Source: Ginglymostoma cirratum (taxonomy: Eukaryota). Taken from it: 64,000 nucleotides of DNA. The notes under the pieces are model-generated. The model saw nothing but the letters and a program-made list of their open reading frames with translations, did no database searches and was not told the DNA's origin. The position numbers and the translations under genes were made by a program. Position 1 is the stretch's first letter. Every line of letters starts with the position of its first letter. The stretch lies in contig JAHRHZ010000062.1 of NCBI GenBank assembly GCA_024137785.1, positions 27,390,244-27,454,243 of the forward strand. The letters run 5' to 3'. Positions 51,311 through 64,000 of this stretch are shown here, one piece after another.

Positions 51311-54300
51311 GTGTTGAATTTTCCCAGTATTGAGTGGCACGGGTGACACTTCGTTGTAAATACGATGTTACATCTTTAAAAATATATGTTTTAAATCATT
51401 GAAATTTGAGAGAATAAGAGTGCAAGAATGAAAAAAAAATTGAGACAAGAAGTCCAATTTTCCTCTTAAGATTCTAACAACTACTTAAGAATTTCATTAG
51501 TAAGCCATGAGCATCTGATTTCCATCTGTTAGTCGAATTAGGGGTAAATAGGGGATATTGATAGTTAAACAAAAGTATTGGATGGGTATGTAGAGAGCCT
51601 CAAAGCTGAGGGGTTCACAGGAACCACAATGCTCAGGGTACATGTAGGGGTTAGGGGGAATCTTGACTTTCAAGTGCAGCCTGGAGTTCCCCACGAGCAT
51701 GACCTTGATCATGGACCATCTTTCATCAAATCTCAACTGTGCGTGAAGAGTGAACAATGGTTGCTGAAACATCCACTATGAATAGAGTAAGTTTCCGGTT
51801 TTTTTATTTGTGGGAGCAGGATGGATATTTTCGTCCTGAGGCAGAATTTGGATGTTCATGAGGCAGTGAACATTATCTATCCTGAAATGAGTGGGTGCTC
51901 CCTTATAAGACCCATAGTTAGACTGAACCTTTGCTGCCAGAGAGGGATGCACTAACAAATGATCATGTAGCAATAGACACAAAATTGCCATGCGTGTGGA
52001 ACACGAGTAGAGGTAAGGACCTAAAGCTGATTTCCTCATTTGTGCTAAATATTGGCTGCATTGATGAACGTAATGGTTGAAGGATGTCTCAAATTTGTTG
52101 CCATTTATGATCCTTCTTAAAGATGAGCAATGGCCCACCACTATAATTTTTCTGCTGCTTGAGCTACATGAAGGGGCTGCTTAAATCTGACATGGTAGCG
52201 ACTTAACTAGGCCCCACAGATAAAGAGACACACAATGATTTAAAACATATATTTTTAAAGATGTAACATCGTATTTACAACGAAGTGTCACCCGGGCCAC
52301 AATGTCCTGTCGGAGGGGTTTTCTTCTTGCTTTCCCCTAATATCTAGATGCAGTTCCGGGGTCTGCAGCTGGCTGGATGGCCCTACTTTGTACTGGACAC
52401 CATTAGTCTGGAAGAATTGCACAGATGACCATGGGGGTAGCTAGTGGCGAGGGGCCCCAGACATACTCGACTCAGCGTGCCATGCCCAGACGCAGGCTTG
52501 CCCTTCTGCGCTACAACTTCCACCTAGTTAGGGGTCACTGAAAGGATGGGGGAGCCTGCTTTTTCTGGAATCTCCTGTGAGAAGGCTTGTAGCTGTATGA
52601 CTTAGGTGTTTGATTCCTCTTCTGTCTGCTGGTTCTATGCTGTTTCCATGAGAGCAAAGGTCGCGTTGGGTGAGGTCAAGGTGTCTCCTTGGCCACTCTC
52701 ACCTTGCCATTGATGCTGAGCAGTAATGGCTAAAACATTGGAATGCATTGCTGGCAGTCAATGAGTGTTCTGTTGGACTTGGCTTTTTATGCTGACATTC
52801 ACCTCCTCACAGAGACAGACAGATGCACAAATGTCTGAGCCAGTGTAGAACTGATAACATTGGCATAATTCACCAGCCTTCAATCCAATTTACTGAATGG
52901 CACCAATAACCTTACCTACTGGTCTTGTGTCTGTCTGTGCAGCTGCATTAACTTATTAATGGCTGACATCACGGGGCTATCATTTGCCTGGTGTTGAGCA
53001 AGGGCCTGGTCTTTGAGTGCCAGTGACCTGCGGCATTTCTTCCTCGACCAGCCGTAGACATATGCCTATAATGTGATCCCGAATCAAGTCTAGGAAGCGA
53101 ACTCACTAAAAGAAAATGTCTCTGAACTGGTAGAGGGTGCAGGAGAAAGCTTTGCTGGTGCATTCTCTGAGAGATCTGTGCCTTCATTCTCAGAGATGGA
53201 GTAGGAGCTGAGGGACTAATAGGCTGAGCTCTTAGCAGCAGAAACTTTGAGGATGCCACAGGTGCCTTCTTTGGAGAAGAGTGGCCGTCAGTAGTGCAAT
53301 TGTGGTAGAAGCATGAGCATGTTAAGCCAACGTAAACAGTAGTAGTGATGGGAGAGCAATATAGCACGACACAAGTAAGGTTTACTTGGCTGCTTCAACT
53401 TGATGGTTTCGGCATCCCCATATGAGTGAACTCAATCCTTTCCAACCAAGCTGAGGATCTTCTCTTCATGTGGGGTGAGGATATGAATGTCAGCCACTCC
53501 ATCATCCTTTCTTGAAATTGTCGTGCTACATTTTACGCCTGTAATGCGACAAAATGGCGGGGTTGAAAGTGATGAAAGTGGTTGGAAGAGCTTTTCTGGG
53601 CCTTGCAGGAGCAGGGAAAATGGTGAGTGACCCCGTTGTGTGTGCAGGAAGCACAGAGGGTAGGAAGTGTTATTTGTTTGGAAGAATGAGGTGAATGAGA
53701 GCCGGAGACTGGAGATGCTGCATGCAGTAGTGACAGCTGTAGACCATCAGTCATGGCGGAAGGTGTGTGCAGAGTTAGAGTAAGTGTGTGGAAGCACAGG
53801 GAAGATGATGGCACTTACACTTGCACAAGGTAGAAGATCTGTCAACATCTGCTGGGTATTTCTTTTCACGGTGCAGACAGCATGGAATCAAGTGGCCACC
53901 AAGTGGCATCCAGGTTGTCAGCATCAGCTGGTATGGCCTTCTTTGGCCGTTTGGAGGAAAGCAGATGTCTCTCCTCTTCACCAACCCACTCACCAGGACC
54001 TCCAGGGCTCCTGTTGGCAATGCGCGGTGCCAGCTTCCCTTTCTGGCCTAAGTGCTCAGTAACGATGTCAACCCAGCAGAGTGTGAAGGCCAGTTCCTGG
54101 CTTGCAGCATTTGAAGTGTTGTGGAGCTGGGGTTTAAATATGCTGTCTGTGATGTGAATGCCGGAAGATCCCAGCAAACTGTGATCTATAGTTGGCGAGC
54201 ACTTGTGCCTCTCTGCGATTTCACGATTCTTGGAAAAGGTAGTGGGAAGTTTGGTTGTATAATTAATGGGGTGAGCAGCAACAGTTTGCTTGAGAAAACT

Positions 54301-54377
54301 CACAACTGGCCGAGTCAGGAAACCCTTCATGAAATTACCCAAAAGTGAAACAGCCAGAAAATATAAAAATTCAGTCC
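51311..54377 (-). mobile_element. Decayed PIF/Harbinger-type DNA transposon relic with Myb/SANT-like ORF remnant
   Basis: Minus-strand APRI/ALEVLVSGLVKRRDICFPPNGQRRPYQL...W (53900-54030) resembles the trihelix Myb/SANT domain of the Harbinger second ORF; weak TIR-like ends gtgttgaatttt / aaaattcagtcc. Confidence 0.55.
51334..52300. repeat. 68-bp inverted repeat (51334-51401 and 52233-52300), 67/68 identical, 831-bp spacer
   Basis: gtggc[a/c]cgggtgacacttcgttgtaaatacgatgttacatctttaaaaatatatgttttaaatcattg, read directly on both strands. Confidence 0.95.
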
Positions 54378-54696
54378 ACACTTTTTAAAAAGCATGAATT
54401 ACTGCGAGTGAATCAATTAACAGGACACTTGCTTGCAAAGAACTAATTTTCCTGGTTTAATGATCTAAAGGTGCCAAAGGGTCTAGGTTAAACATTTGTG
54501 TTAGTTTTAATTACACTAGGTGCAATTTAAGATTTATTTTTGTCAGCTTCAAAGAAATAAGTAGAAGGTTTGAAATTAGCAGCTAGAACTAAATATGACA
54601 CCCTTTCTTTAAACAAGCATAACATAATTTGAAAAGGTTGAGTTTGCTGACTTTATCAATCAATTGTTTCTGAAGAACAAGAAAGCTACATTTTTT

Positions 54697-55650
54697 GAGT
54701 CAGAGTCACACAGCACAGAAACAGGTCCTTTGACTCAACCTGTCCATGCTGAGTAGGTTTCCCAAACTGAACTAGTCCCATTTGCCCGCATTTAGCCCAT
54801 ATCCCTCTAAACCTTTCCTATCCATGTACCTGTCTAAATGTCTCTTAAATGTTGGAATTGTACCCGCCTCAACCATTTCCTCTGGCAGCTGGTTCCATAT
54901 ATGCACCAAATTCTGACTGAAAAAGTTGCCCCTCAGGTCCCTTTTAAATCTTTCCTCTCTCACCTTAAATCCATGCCCATTAGGTTTGACGTCCTGGGGA
55001 ATAAACCTTGGCTATTCATCTTATCCATGCCTTTCATGATTTTATAAACCTCTAAGGTCAACCCTCAGCCTCCTACACACCAGGGAAAAAAGTCCCAGCT
55101 GATCCAGCATCTCCTTATAACCCAAAATTTCTAGCCTCAGTAACATCCTTGTAAATATTTTTTGTACCCTTTCCAGTTTAATTACATCTTCCCTACAGCA
55201 GGGCAATTAGAATTGTACTCCAAATGTGGCCTTAAATATGTCTTGTACAGCTGTAATATGACATCCCAATTTCTGTACCCAATGTGCTAACCAATGAAGG
55301 TAAGCATATGCCTTCTTCACCACCCTGTCCACCTGAGACACCACTTTCAAGGAACTATGTACCTACATCCCTAGGTATCTCTTTTCACCAACAATTCCCA
55401 GGGCCCTACCATTAACTGTATAAGTCCTGCCCTGGTTTATTTTACCAAAAATACAACACCTCTCATTTATCTGAATTAAACACCATCTGCCATTCCTCAA
55501 CCCACTGGCCCAGTTAATCAAAATCCTGTTGTAGTCTGTGATAACTGTCCACTTTACCACCAATTTTGGGGTCATTCGCAAACTAACTAACCATGCTTCC
55601 TACATCCTCATCCAAATCGTTTATATAAATGATGAGCAACAAAGGATCCT
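54697..55650 (-). mobile_element. 5'-truncated CR1 LINE (~950 bp)
   Basis: ORFs 54772..54963 (RGNFFSQ..VHIWNQLPEEMVEAG) and 55363..55581 (frameshifted FADDTK region). Confidence 0.92.
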
Positions 55651-56379
55651 TTTTAAAAATTATATCCTGATACTCTGCTAGATACATTTGTTCTTAACTG
55701 CTCAGTGTTCCTGCAGATGTTGGGTGGATGGATTTACAATAATTGGTTTTATTCATAAGATGATAAAGTATCTTGTATAATATAAGGTTTGTATAACTTT
55801 CTGTATTGAGAAGGATGTGTAATTTGTTTAAGTAATGCATTGTTAGCTGCTTAGCTGTATGACTCAAGGACAAAAGATGGTGTGACACATGATGATCCCC
55901 ACCTTAAACAATGGAGGTAGAGTTAACTTGGAACATTTCTTAATAAGGAATGAACACACCTCAGAATTAAAGATAACAGTTTGAAGCTCAGAATATGTTG
56001 TTGTACAGTTTTACCATCGCTTCTGTTGTATAATTATTCTGGGACGTGATTCAAACTATCATCACTTCACGGTCAGAGAGAGAAAGGCATTGTCTCATGT
56101 TCAACAGAGCTGGGCATTGAAGAATAGGAAACTTCTGTGTTGTCTTTGTTGTTAGTTTGTTAAGTTTTTATAAAATCCTTCCTAATGAATTCTACTTGAT
56201 TGACAACTACTGGTTGTTCATATCATGAGCTGTAGGTGTTCTTTTCTTCAGTCAAGGCTCATTTCAAACCTAAAGAAATCCAGTTAATCTTTCCTTTCGA
56301 AGGAAACAACAAAGCAACTTGAAGGGAAAATGAAGCAATTTGAAGGAAAATATGTTTTAAACAGCCTTGTTAAATTAAT

Positions 56380-57120
56380 ATAGAAACATGGAAAATAGGA
56401 GCAGAAGTAGGCCATTCGGCCAGAGTCTGCTTCACCATTCAACATGATCATGGCAAACCATCCAGCTCAGCATCCTGTTCTTGCTGTCTCCTCATACCCT
56501 TTGATCCTTTTAGCCCTAAGAAACATACTTAATTCTTTGTTGAAAATGTTCAATGTTTTGACCTCAACTACTTCTTGGGCAGTCAATCCCACAAGCTCGC
56601 CATTCTCTGGGTGAAGATATTTCTCTTCATCTCAGTCATGTGTGGTCTACCCCTTACCCTTAAACTGTCATCCCTGGTCAGTGGGAACATCCTTTTTATG
56701 TTTACACTGTCTAGTCCTGTTAGAATTTCATGGGTTTCTATGAGATTAACCTTCACTCTTCCAAACTCCAGCAATTATAGCAATAACCAATCCTGTCTAT
56801 CTTCATTTATCATTCAGACATTAAGGAATCAGTTTGGTAAGTCTTCGTTGCACACACTCCATACCCAGATCACCCTTCATCAGGTAAGGAGAACAAAACT
56901 GCACATAATACTCCAAATATAGCCTCAACAAGGCCCTGTACAATTGCAGCTAGAGTCTTTGCTCCTGTACTTGCATCCTCTCACTATGAAGGCTAACATA
57001 ACATTTGCCTTCTTCATTGCCTTCATGCTTACTTGCAGCAACTTGTGTGCAAGGACACTCAGATTTTATTGCACCTTCCTGTTTCTTAATCCATCATGAA
57101 TCAAATTACAGGATCTCCTC
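56380..57120 (-). mobile_element. 5'-truncated CR1 LINE
   Basis: ORF 56583..56774 LIETHEILTGLDSV...MKRNIFTQRMASLW; tail atagaaacatggaaaatagg. Confidence 0.88.
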
Positions 57121-59074
57121 ACACCAGTTTAGCTTATCGTCATCAGACTTACTGATGGGGAGAAAACTGACAGCTCAGCTTTCTGTCCTACCAAAGAGGT
57201 TGACTTCACAGTTGAATCCATGGAATTATAAACATTTTTATAGCAAGGGACAGAAGGGTCTCCAAAATAGACATTACCGTGTATGTTGGTTGTCACATTT
57301 GAGAAAAGTGATATGGGTAAAGGAATGGGACTGTCATCCAAGACTGAGCAGATGAATAGCGATCATATATTGTCCATACAGCACTGAGGAATAATCATCC
57401 ACTAATGTGTGACAGGGATGAACATGATAAGGAACACCGCATTTCACAAACCAACAAGATCAAGAACAGAATCAAGGAGAAATTTCCTCAAATCAAAGAC
57501 CTAACAATCCTCCAAGTCTGAATCAATGCATTCTGAAAAAAATTATGGAACCCATATTTCCAGAATCTGTGAAGTCAGAGACTTGAGGGGAAGATGAGAT
57601 AATGGTAAATGTAAATGCAGTTATATACATAAATGTTAAAAACACTAACTATGTATTGGAAAAAAAGTTTGGGGAATATGTTGCATAAGATAATGGTTCT
57701 GAAGCAGTTAATGTTTAAGCTAATCAAGCAAAATCTTTGCATGGGGAAGAAACAGTCTACTATAAAAGGTCTTCATTGAGACAGATCTGTGATCTCAGGC
57801 TCCTGATAAGCTTTGTAATTCTGCTGAATCAGTCAATGTAACTGATACCTATTGCTATCATACAATAAACTACATCTTACTGTGTAACACAAGGGCTGCT
57901 TCTTATTAATACACAATAGTGGTTTATTCTCTATCATTGTGAATTAAATAAAAGGAGAACCAGTGACAAATCTCTACTCCAATCACAAGACCCGAGTAAT
58001 TGGCATTGCACCGTCAAGACACTACTCACTGAGTGTGACCACAAATTCCTCAGACTAGCATTTTAGTAATTTCATTGTATATTACAACACTTTATGGCTT
58101 TGTTTAACAATGTATGGTATTGCTTGGACATAGGAATGTAAAGTCTATTGGCTCTTTTTCGACTTCATCTCATAGGTTTCAATCTCATTTAAACTATTTC
58201 AGGCAGTCAAATCGACTTTTAGAACTCAAGAAAATCAGTCAAACCAATATCCATTGTGACGGGTAAAATAATAATTAAAAACTTTTCACAGGAAGCTATA
58301 AATTTCAAACTGGTGGAGCCAACAAAACAGCAATTACACATCTAAATTGGAAGCAAGGCAAGCTTTATTGTAGTTATTATTATTTCAATGAAGTTTAACT
58401 GAAAACATATATAATTATCTTAAAATCCCATGTTATCTAAGACATTTTTTTTCTATAGTGTAAACCCTTCAAGTAAATGAAGCAGGCAGACTTACATTGA
58501 ATAGCTACATTGCATAAACGGGGCAAGTTTTCAGTTCAGGTTGTGCACATCATTCAGCACATAGGAGAGAGCAATTTTTGTATTGCAAAATATCCAGCAT
58601 TATATTATATACATCTTACAGTATTGATTGGTGCAGACTGTTTTAGTAAGAACATCCTATTCTATTGATTAGGAGGCCCAGTTATTCTCTATACATAAGT
58701 AATATTTACTTGAACATTCAATTTTGCCATTTACATTCCAAGTATCTATCGGAACGAGCACCTGTTATGTATATGCCACTCTATCTGTTGGAGCAGACTT
58801 ATTTGTTGTGCGCATTCTCCAGTGTATGGTTTTCCATTTTCTCTTTCTTCTTCACTCTCAGAGACGTTAAAAATAATTTTCAACTTTGCCATTCTTGGCA
58901 ACTGGTAGTAGTGGATCAACCACCCCTTGGATTACAACAGCATCCCATATTTAAATAGTATCTTTATAGTTGGTAAATATCCTAAGACCTTTGAAAGGAG
59001 TGTTTTCAAACAAGTGGATGTTGAGAGGTGAATAAAACTTTAGTCAAAGAAGTAAGATTTAACAAGTTTCTTTT

Positions 59075-60650
59075 GGTCTTCACAAATTCCTTTGTGCTTC
59101 AGATTTCCAAAGTCTTTCGCCAGTTAGAAAACAGTCTGCACCTCTAATCTTCCTACTAAAAAAAAAGTGTAACCTCTCACTTTCCCACATTGTATTCCAA
59201 CTGCCACTTCTTTGCCCACTCTCCTAGCCTGTCCAAGTCCTCTTGCAGCCTTCCCACCTCCTTAACACTCACCGGTCTGCCACTTATCTTTATGTCATCG
59301 AAAACTTAGCAACAATGACCTCGGTTTCTTTATCCAGATAATTAATGTATGTATAGTGTGGTCCCAACACTGATCCCTGTGGAATTCCTCTAGCCATTGG
59401 CTGCCATCCCGAAAAGGACCCCTTTATTCCCCGTCTCTGCCTACTGTCAGGCAGCCAATCCTCTATGTGCCAGTACCTTACCTCTAAGACTATGGGGTTT
59501 TATCAGCAGCCTCCTTTTCGGCATCTTGTCAAAGGCCTTCTGGAATTCCAAACAGATCATGCCCACTGACTCTCCTTTGTTGAACTTGCTCATTCTCTCT
59601 TCAAATAATTCTAACATGTTTGTCAGGCATGACCTCACCTTAACAAAGCCATGTTGACGCAGCCTTATTTTACGATGCACTTCCAAGTAGTCCACAACAT
59701 TATCTTTAATAATGGATTCTAAAATATTACCAACGACTAAGAGAGGCTAATTGGCCTATAATTTCTTGTCTTCTGCCTCCATCTCTTCTTAAACTGGGGT
59801 GTTACATTAGCCATTTTCCAGTCTTTGGGACTGTCCCTGATCCAGTGATTCCTGAAAGATCACCACCAATGCCTTCATATTCCCCTCAGCTATCTCCTTC
59901 AGAACGCTGAAGTAGTCCATCTCATCAGAATGATTTATCCAAGTTCATATCTTTCAACCTCCTCAGCACCTTTTCTTTAGTCATGGCCACTACACCCATC
60001 TCTGCCAAGTACTCTCTTGAAGTTCTGGTATGCTACAGGTGTCTTCCAGCATAAAGACTGATGCAGATTACCTATTCAGTTCCTGTCATTTCTTTGTTCC
60101 CCATTACTATTTCTCCTGCCTCATTTTCCAGCAGTATATCATCCATTTTTGACTTTCTTAACTTCTATATATCTAAAAAAACTCTTGCAATCTTATTTTA
60201 TATTACAGGTTAACTTACCCTCATATTTCAAGTTTTCCTCCCTTTCCTCCCTTACCGTCTTTGTCATTGTCCTCTGCTGGTTTTTATGGGTTGCCACTAA
60301 TTTTTTTATGCTCTTTCTTCCCCCTTTTGCTTTTACGTTGTCCCTGACTTCCCTTATCAACCATTGTTGCCTTGTCCTCCCTTTAGTATGTTTTTCTTCC
60401 TCCCAAATTACCCAGAAACCCCTGCCATTGCTGCTCCACTGTCTTCCCTGCTAGGGTCCCTGCCAATACAATCTGGACACTCCTCTTTCATGCATTTATA
60501 GTTATCCTTATTCAATTATAATAGTTACATCTGATTTAAGCTTCTCCCTCTCAAACTGCAGGGTGGATTTTATGATATTATGGTCATTGTTCCTTTCGAG
60601 TCCCTTCACATTAAGCTCCCTAATCAAATCTGCCTCATTTACATATCCAT
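59075..60650 (-). mobile_element. CR1 LINE internal ORF2 relic
   Basis: ORF 59447..59695 QHGFVKVRSCLTNMLELFEE...LEFQKAFDKMP..RLL (RT motifs). Confidence 0.92.
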
Positions 60651-61459
60651 AGCCAAAAAGTCCTGGAATGGGACTCAAACTGCAGAGCTTCTATCACTGC
60701 ACCACCAGATATCTTCCCAATCTTAGAAGATCTCTTTGAAATTTCCAGGATCTGGATCCGGTGCAAATCTGCCAAAAGTAACTGGTACCCCTTGGAGCAG
60801 AGCCTAGCTGTGCACTAATTTTTTTTTTGCAATCTGTTCATTAGTTTTTGAGGTACATTATTTACAGACAAGCCAACCAACAGATTAACAAACAGGGACA
60901 GAAACATTACCTTCAGTGGGCGATGTATAAGTTTCATGCTGCTTTCAACTTGCTCAGGAACATTTTGGAAATTTATCAAACATTTTTGAGAATGTCTGCC
61001 GCCACTCTCAAAACGCTGTCAGCATGGTGTGCAAAACTCTCATGTGCAGTACTCCTGCTTGTACTGCCAGTGGCATTGTTCCTTTCTTTTCACAGATATT
61101 TATTAAGCCACTTGTAATGTTTTCTTTCTACAAGCGAAGAATTTCACAAAGTGTGCATTTGCAGAACTTTTCCGCATGCGCAATGTGAACCTTTCATGGA
61201 TGTCAGAAGACATAGTCAATGTCTTTTGGAAACCTGAATGAATGATGACCTACATTAGTCACAGTTCATTTGGATTGCCATTAGCTCAAAGCCAACCAAG
61301 AAGCGTTTTTTTTTGGGCATGCCTGCTAAAGCCATGTTTATTTCTGTTTCACAGGCTAGCCTCAAGTTTTTAATCTGGTAATCAGTTCTATTATTTTTGT
61401 AAAATTAAGTTGTGAAATTATCTATGTTTGCCTCTTTCTCAGTTTGAATAAATAGCTGT

Positions 61460-61935
61460 ATTCTTGCCTCTGAATCAAAAAGCTGTGAATTCAAGCCCCA
61501 CTCGAAGATTAGAGTTGGCCGACAGTACAATATCTGAAGGAGTGTTGTTTCCATTTGGATGAAATGTTTGAATAGACAGAGTCTTGGTCTGATTTGTATG
61601 ATTTATTTGTACCATTCATAAAAGGGATCCCAGTGTCACAATCAAGTTTCATTCCTGAAACGTGTCAAAAACTAATTGACTGATTATTTGAGAGATAGTA
61701 GGAACTGCAGCTACTGGAGAATCTGAGATAACAAGGTGTAGAGCTGGATGAACACAGCCGGCCAAGCAGCATCAGAGGATCATTTGACTGATCATTTGTC
61801 TTGCTTTTCTTAGTGTCACAAGAGCAAACTCACAGCAGTGCGTACCTACGCAACAAGAAAGAATATGGTCCAAGCAGGTTAGGATGTTAGGGTGTGCTTA
61901 TGACATTAGAGGCATTATAGCAATGCAACTTCTTC
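61460..61935 (+). mobile_element. Highly degraded SacSINE/Deu-type SINE with a nested insertion
   Basis: ttgcctctgaatca...gaattcaagccccactc head and gaggcattatagcaatgcaac tail, similar to 12445-12755. Confidence 0.55.
61691..61783 (-). mobile_element. Penelope-terminus-type short insertion with a probable 15-bp TSD
   Basis: Overlaps the reverse complement of 31963-32015; flanked by ttgactgattatttg (61676-61690) and ttgactgatcatttg (61784-61798). Confidence 0.75.
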
Positions 61936-63294
61936 CATTTCTCCACAATTATTTCACCTTCTGTCCAACAGTAAGAACCTTTGTAACAAACCATGCTTCG
62001 GTTCAATAGTCACAAATTTACGCTTGAGGCACAATATCCTTTCTTTAAACCATTCTCTGGAGATAATTAGTATTGAATATTGTTGTTGAATAAGAAGCTT
62101 AGAAGATGTGTAAAACAAAAAAGATTGTTCATATATTCCACAATGAATTCTTCCCATATCCAAACACTCAGTTGTATTATTATTGGAACTTAGTAAATTG
62201 GTAATGCAGAAAAGCTGAAAACAGATGCAGTATTTGATCTGCAGTGCTAGTCACACTAATATTTTAAATGATTTAAGAGATTTCAGACAAAGGGAGAAAC
62301 TTGTCTGACCTATTAAATAAATTCCCAGGCAGATTGCACCGTACTGCTGGTGTGTTAGTTGGCACCTCGTGTGAGAATGCCCTCTGCATTGGAGAAGGCT
62401 AGGACACGATGATAATGGTGATGAGGTGGGAATGGGGGACAATGATTGCAGGACGGGTGGTGAAATGCAGTGGTGGATGAGTCACCAGTGCTGGAAATCT
62501 AAACTTCTACATGTTTATTCATGACTTTGCTGTGCATGCAATGCCATTGTTACTCTCTAACGTTGGCCCTAATCCAAACTGTGACATCAAGATTTTTACA
62601 TATCCATTTGAGGTTCAATCACAGAAACTCCATTAAAACAGAATGGAGAAAATTAAAGTGCTTGCTTTCAGAAAGCAAGAATCGGTAAAGATTATAACAG
62701 CAAGGGAATAAGGAAGCAGGAGAGTGTTCTGCTAAATGAGGTGACTATCAGTTATCTGCAATGGCTGGATTAAGTCTGATCTCTGCCATTTTCAAAGCTT
62801 GGCAACCAATAAAGCACCTCGCAATGCCATGTGAAGAAAGGCTCAATGCTTAGCAAGGAAACGAGGGAAGAAAAAAATAACTTTAATGAGGTTGACCTAT
62901 AGATGTTAATTAATGAAATACAACAAAAACAAGAAGGAATAATGGGTGGCCGTGGCACATACAATACTATCTTGAAGTAAGTGATTACTTTTTGTTTGTC
63001 AGCAGTAGTATTCAGATTTCTAAACAAAGCAGGTAGGTGCAACAAACTTGCAATGTTATCTACGAGTTGCCAGGCAAAGTAATTAACCTCAAAAAATATA
63101 GACTAGGTCTTTTGTTTGTGTCCCACGTAGTCATTGCTGAGCATGAAAAGTAATTGCTGCAAAGTACATTGTACCCAGTGTAAACACAGTTATGGCTATG
63201 AACTTCAAATTATGCTGCAAAAATTAAATTTTATTCTTGCATGGGATAACCGTATTTGTTGCTCATTTCTATTTGCCTTTAAATTGAGTGGCTT

Positions 63295-63440
63295 ACTAGG
63301 CCATTTCAGAGGTTAGTTAAAAGTTAACCACATTGCTGTGGTCTGGAGTCCCATGTAGGCCTGACCAGGTAAGGACAGGAAATTTCCTTCCCTGAAGGAC
63401 ATTATTGAAGTAGATTTTCTTATGACAATTAACAATGGAT
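63295..63440 (-). mobile_element. SINE-like repeat fragment
   Basis: Homologous to 24105-24230; resembles a common shark SINE body (recalled). Confidence 0.6.
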
Positions 63441-64000
63441 ACTGTTTATTAATTAGATTCGCAACTGAGTTACCAATGAGTAAAGAAATTTTACATACAG
63501 CCCTTAACGGCTTTCAAACCTTAATATAAAATTTTAAAGTTAAAGCAACTGTTAAATTACCCTCAAGTTGCAGTTGACTGACTTGTTTTTTATCCTATTA
63601 TCTGCTATCAGGAGATTTTGACGTGACCTTTTCGATGACCTCTGCAGAATTGTTGTATCTATTGAATAAGTGTAAGCGTATAGAACGAAGATTACATATA
63701 TACCAACTCTATGTACAAAATTATATCAACTTATATGCAGGGCAACGACATTTCTAAAGTAATTGGGAAAGGAATTTCACAGGTTCGTTGGAATTCAACG
63801 ATGCATGTTTTCAATAATTGTCTGTTAGTATTTACAAAATAACAATAGAAATATACATTCTTATTTAAATGCTGCCCACTCAATTTTACTCGGAATGGCC
63901 AGCATTTGAGCAAATGAAAAGAAATAAAACAGCATTAAAGAAGGGATTGGAAAAGAAAAATTTGAAATTTAGTCTAAAGAGGAGACGAGATGTTTAATGT

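Noticed and set aside
56312-56351. Two-copy ~20-bp tandem repeat
   Set aside because: Simple local duplication; no array or spacer structure. No CRISPR-like array seen anywhere in the window.
57400-57890. Possible solo LTR (TATAAAA at ~57761, AATAAA at ~57864, ending tgtaaca)
   Set aside because: No partner LTR, TSD or PBS identified; motifs are common in AT-rich DNA. Similar weak impressions at 1-260 and 45850-46360.
38000-64000. Remaining 60-170 aa ORFs as novel genes
   Set aside because: Many use non-ATG starts, are low-complexity or antisense to TE relics, and show no domain or splice support.

Overview
Eukaryotic, AT-rich vertebrate genomic DNA. The repeat content (CR1 LINEs, SacSINE/Deu-type and short tRNA-derived SINEs, Penelope-like termini, a Harbinger relic) suggests a cartilaginous fish (shark); this is inferred from recalled repeat consensus, not a database search. 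The only host gene is the 3' end of SOX6 (SoxD HMG-box transcription factor) on the + strand. Its last four coding exons are 9931-10039, 25517-25750, 34745-34961 and 37243-37546, with consistent GT-AG phases, followed by a probable ~6.25 kb 3'UTR ending near 43815. Nearly all other ORFs in the track are transposon relics or noise. Most notable: (1) short Penelope-terminus-derived elements carrying minimal hammerhead-ribozyme cores, one young sense-strand copy with an 11-bp TSD and two palindromic copies; (2) a 67/68-identical inverted repeat inside an otherwise decayed Harbinger relic; (3) six miR-499/208 and three miR-219 seed sites in the 3'UTR, partly separable by alternative polyadenylation; (4) an in-frame alternative acceptor; (5) two candidate intronic enhancers. 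Repeat boundaries are approximate.
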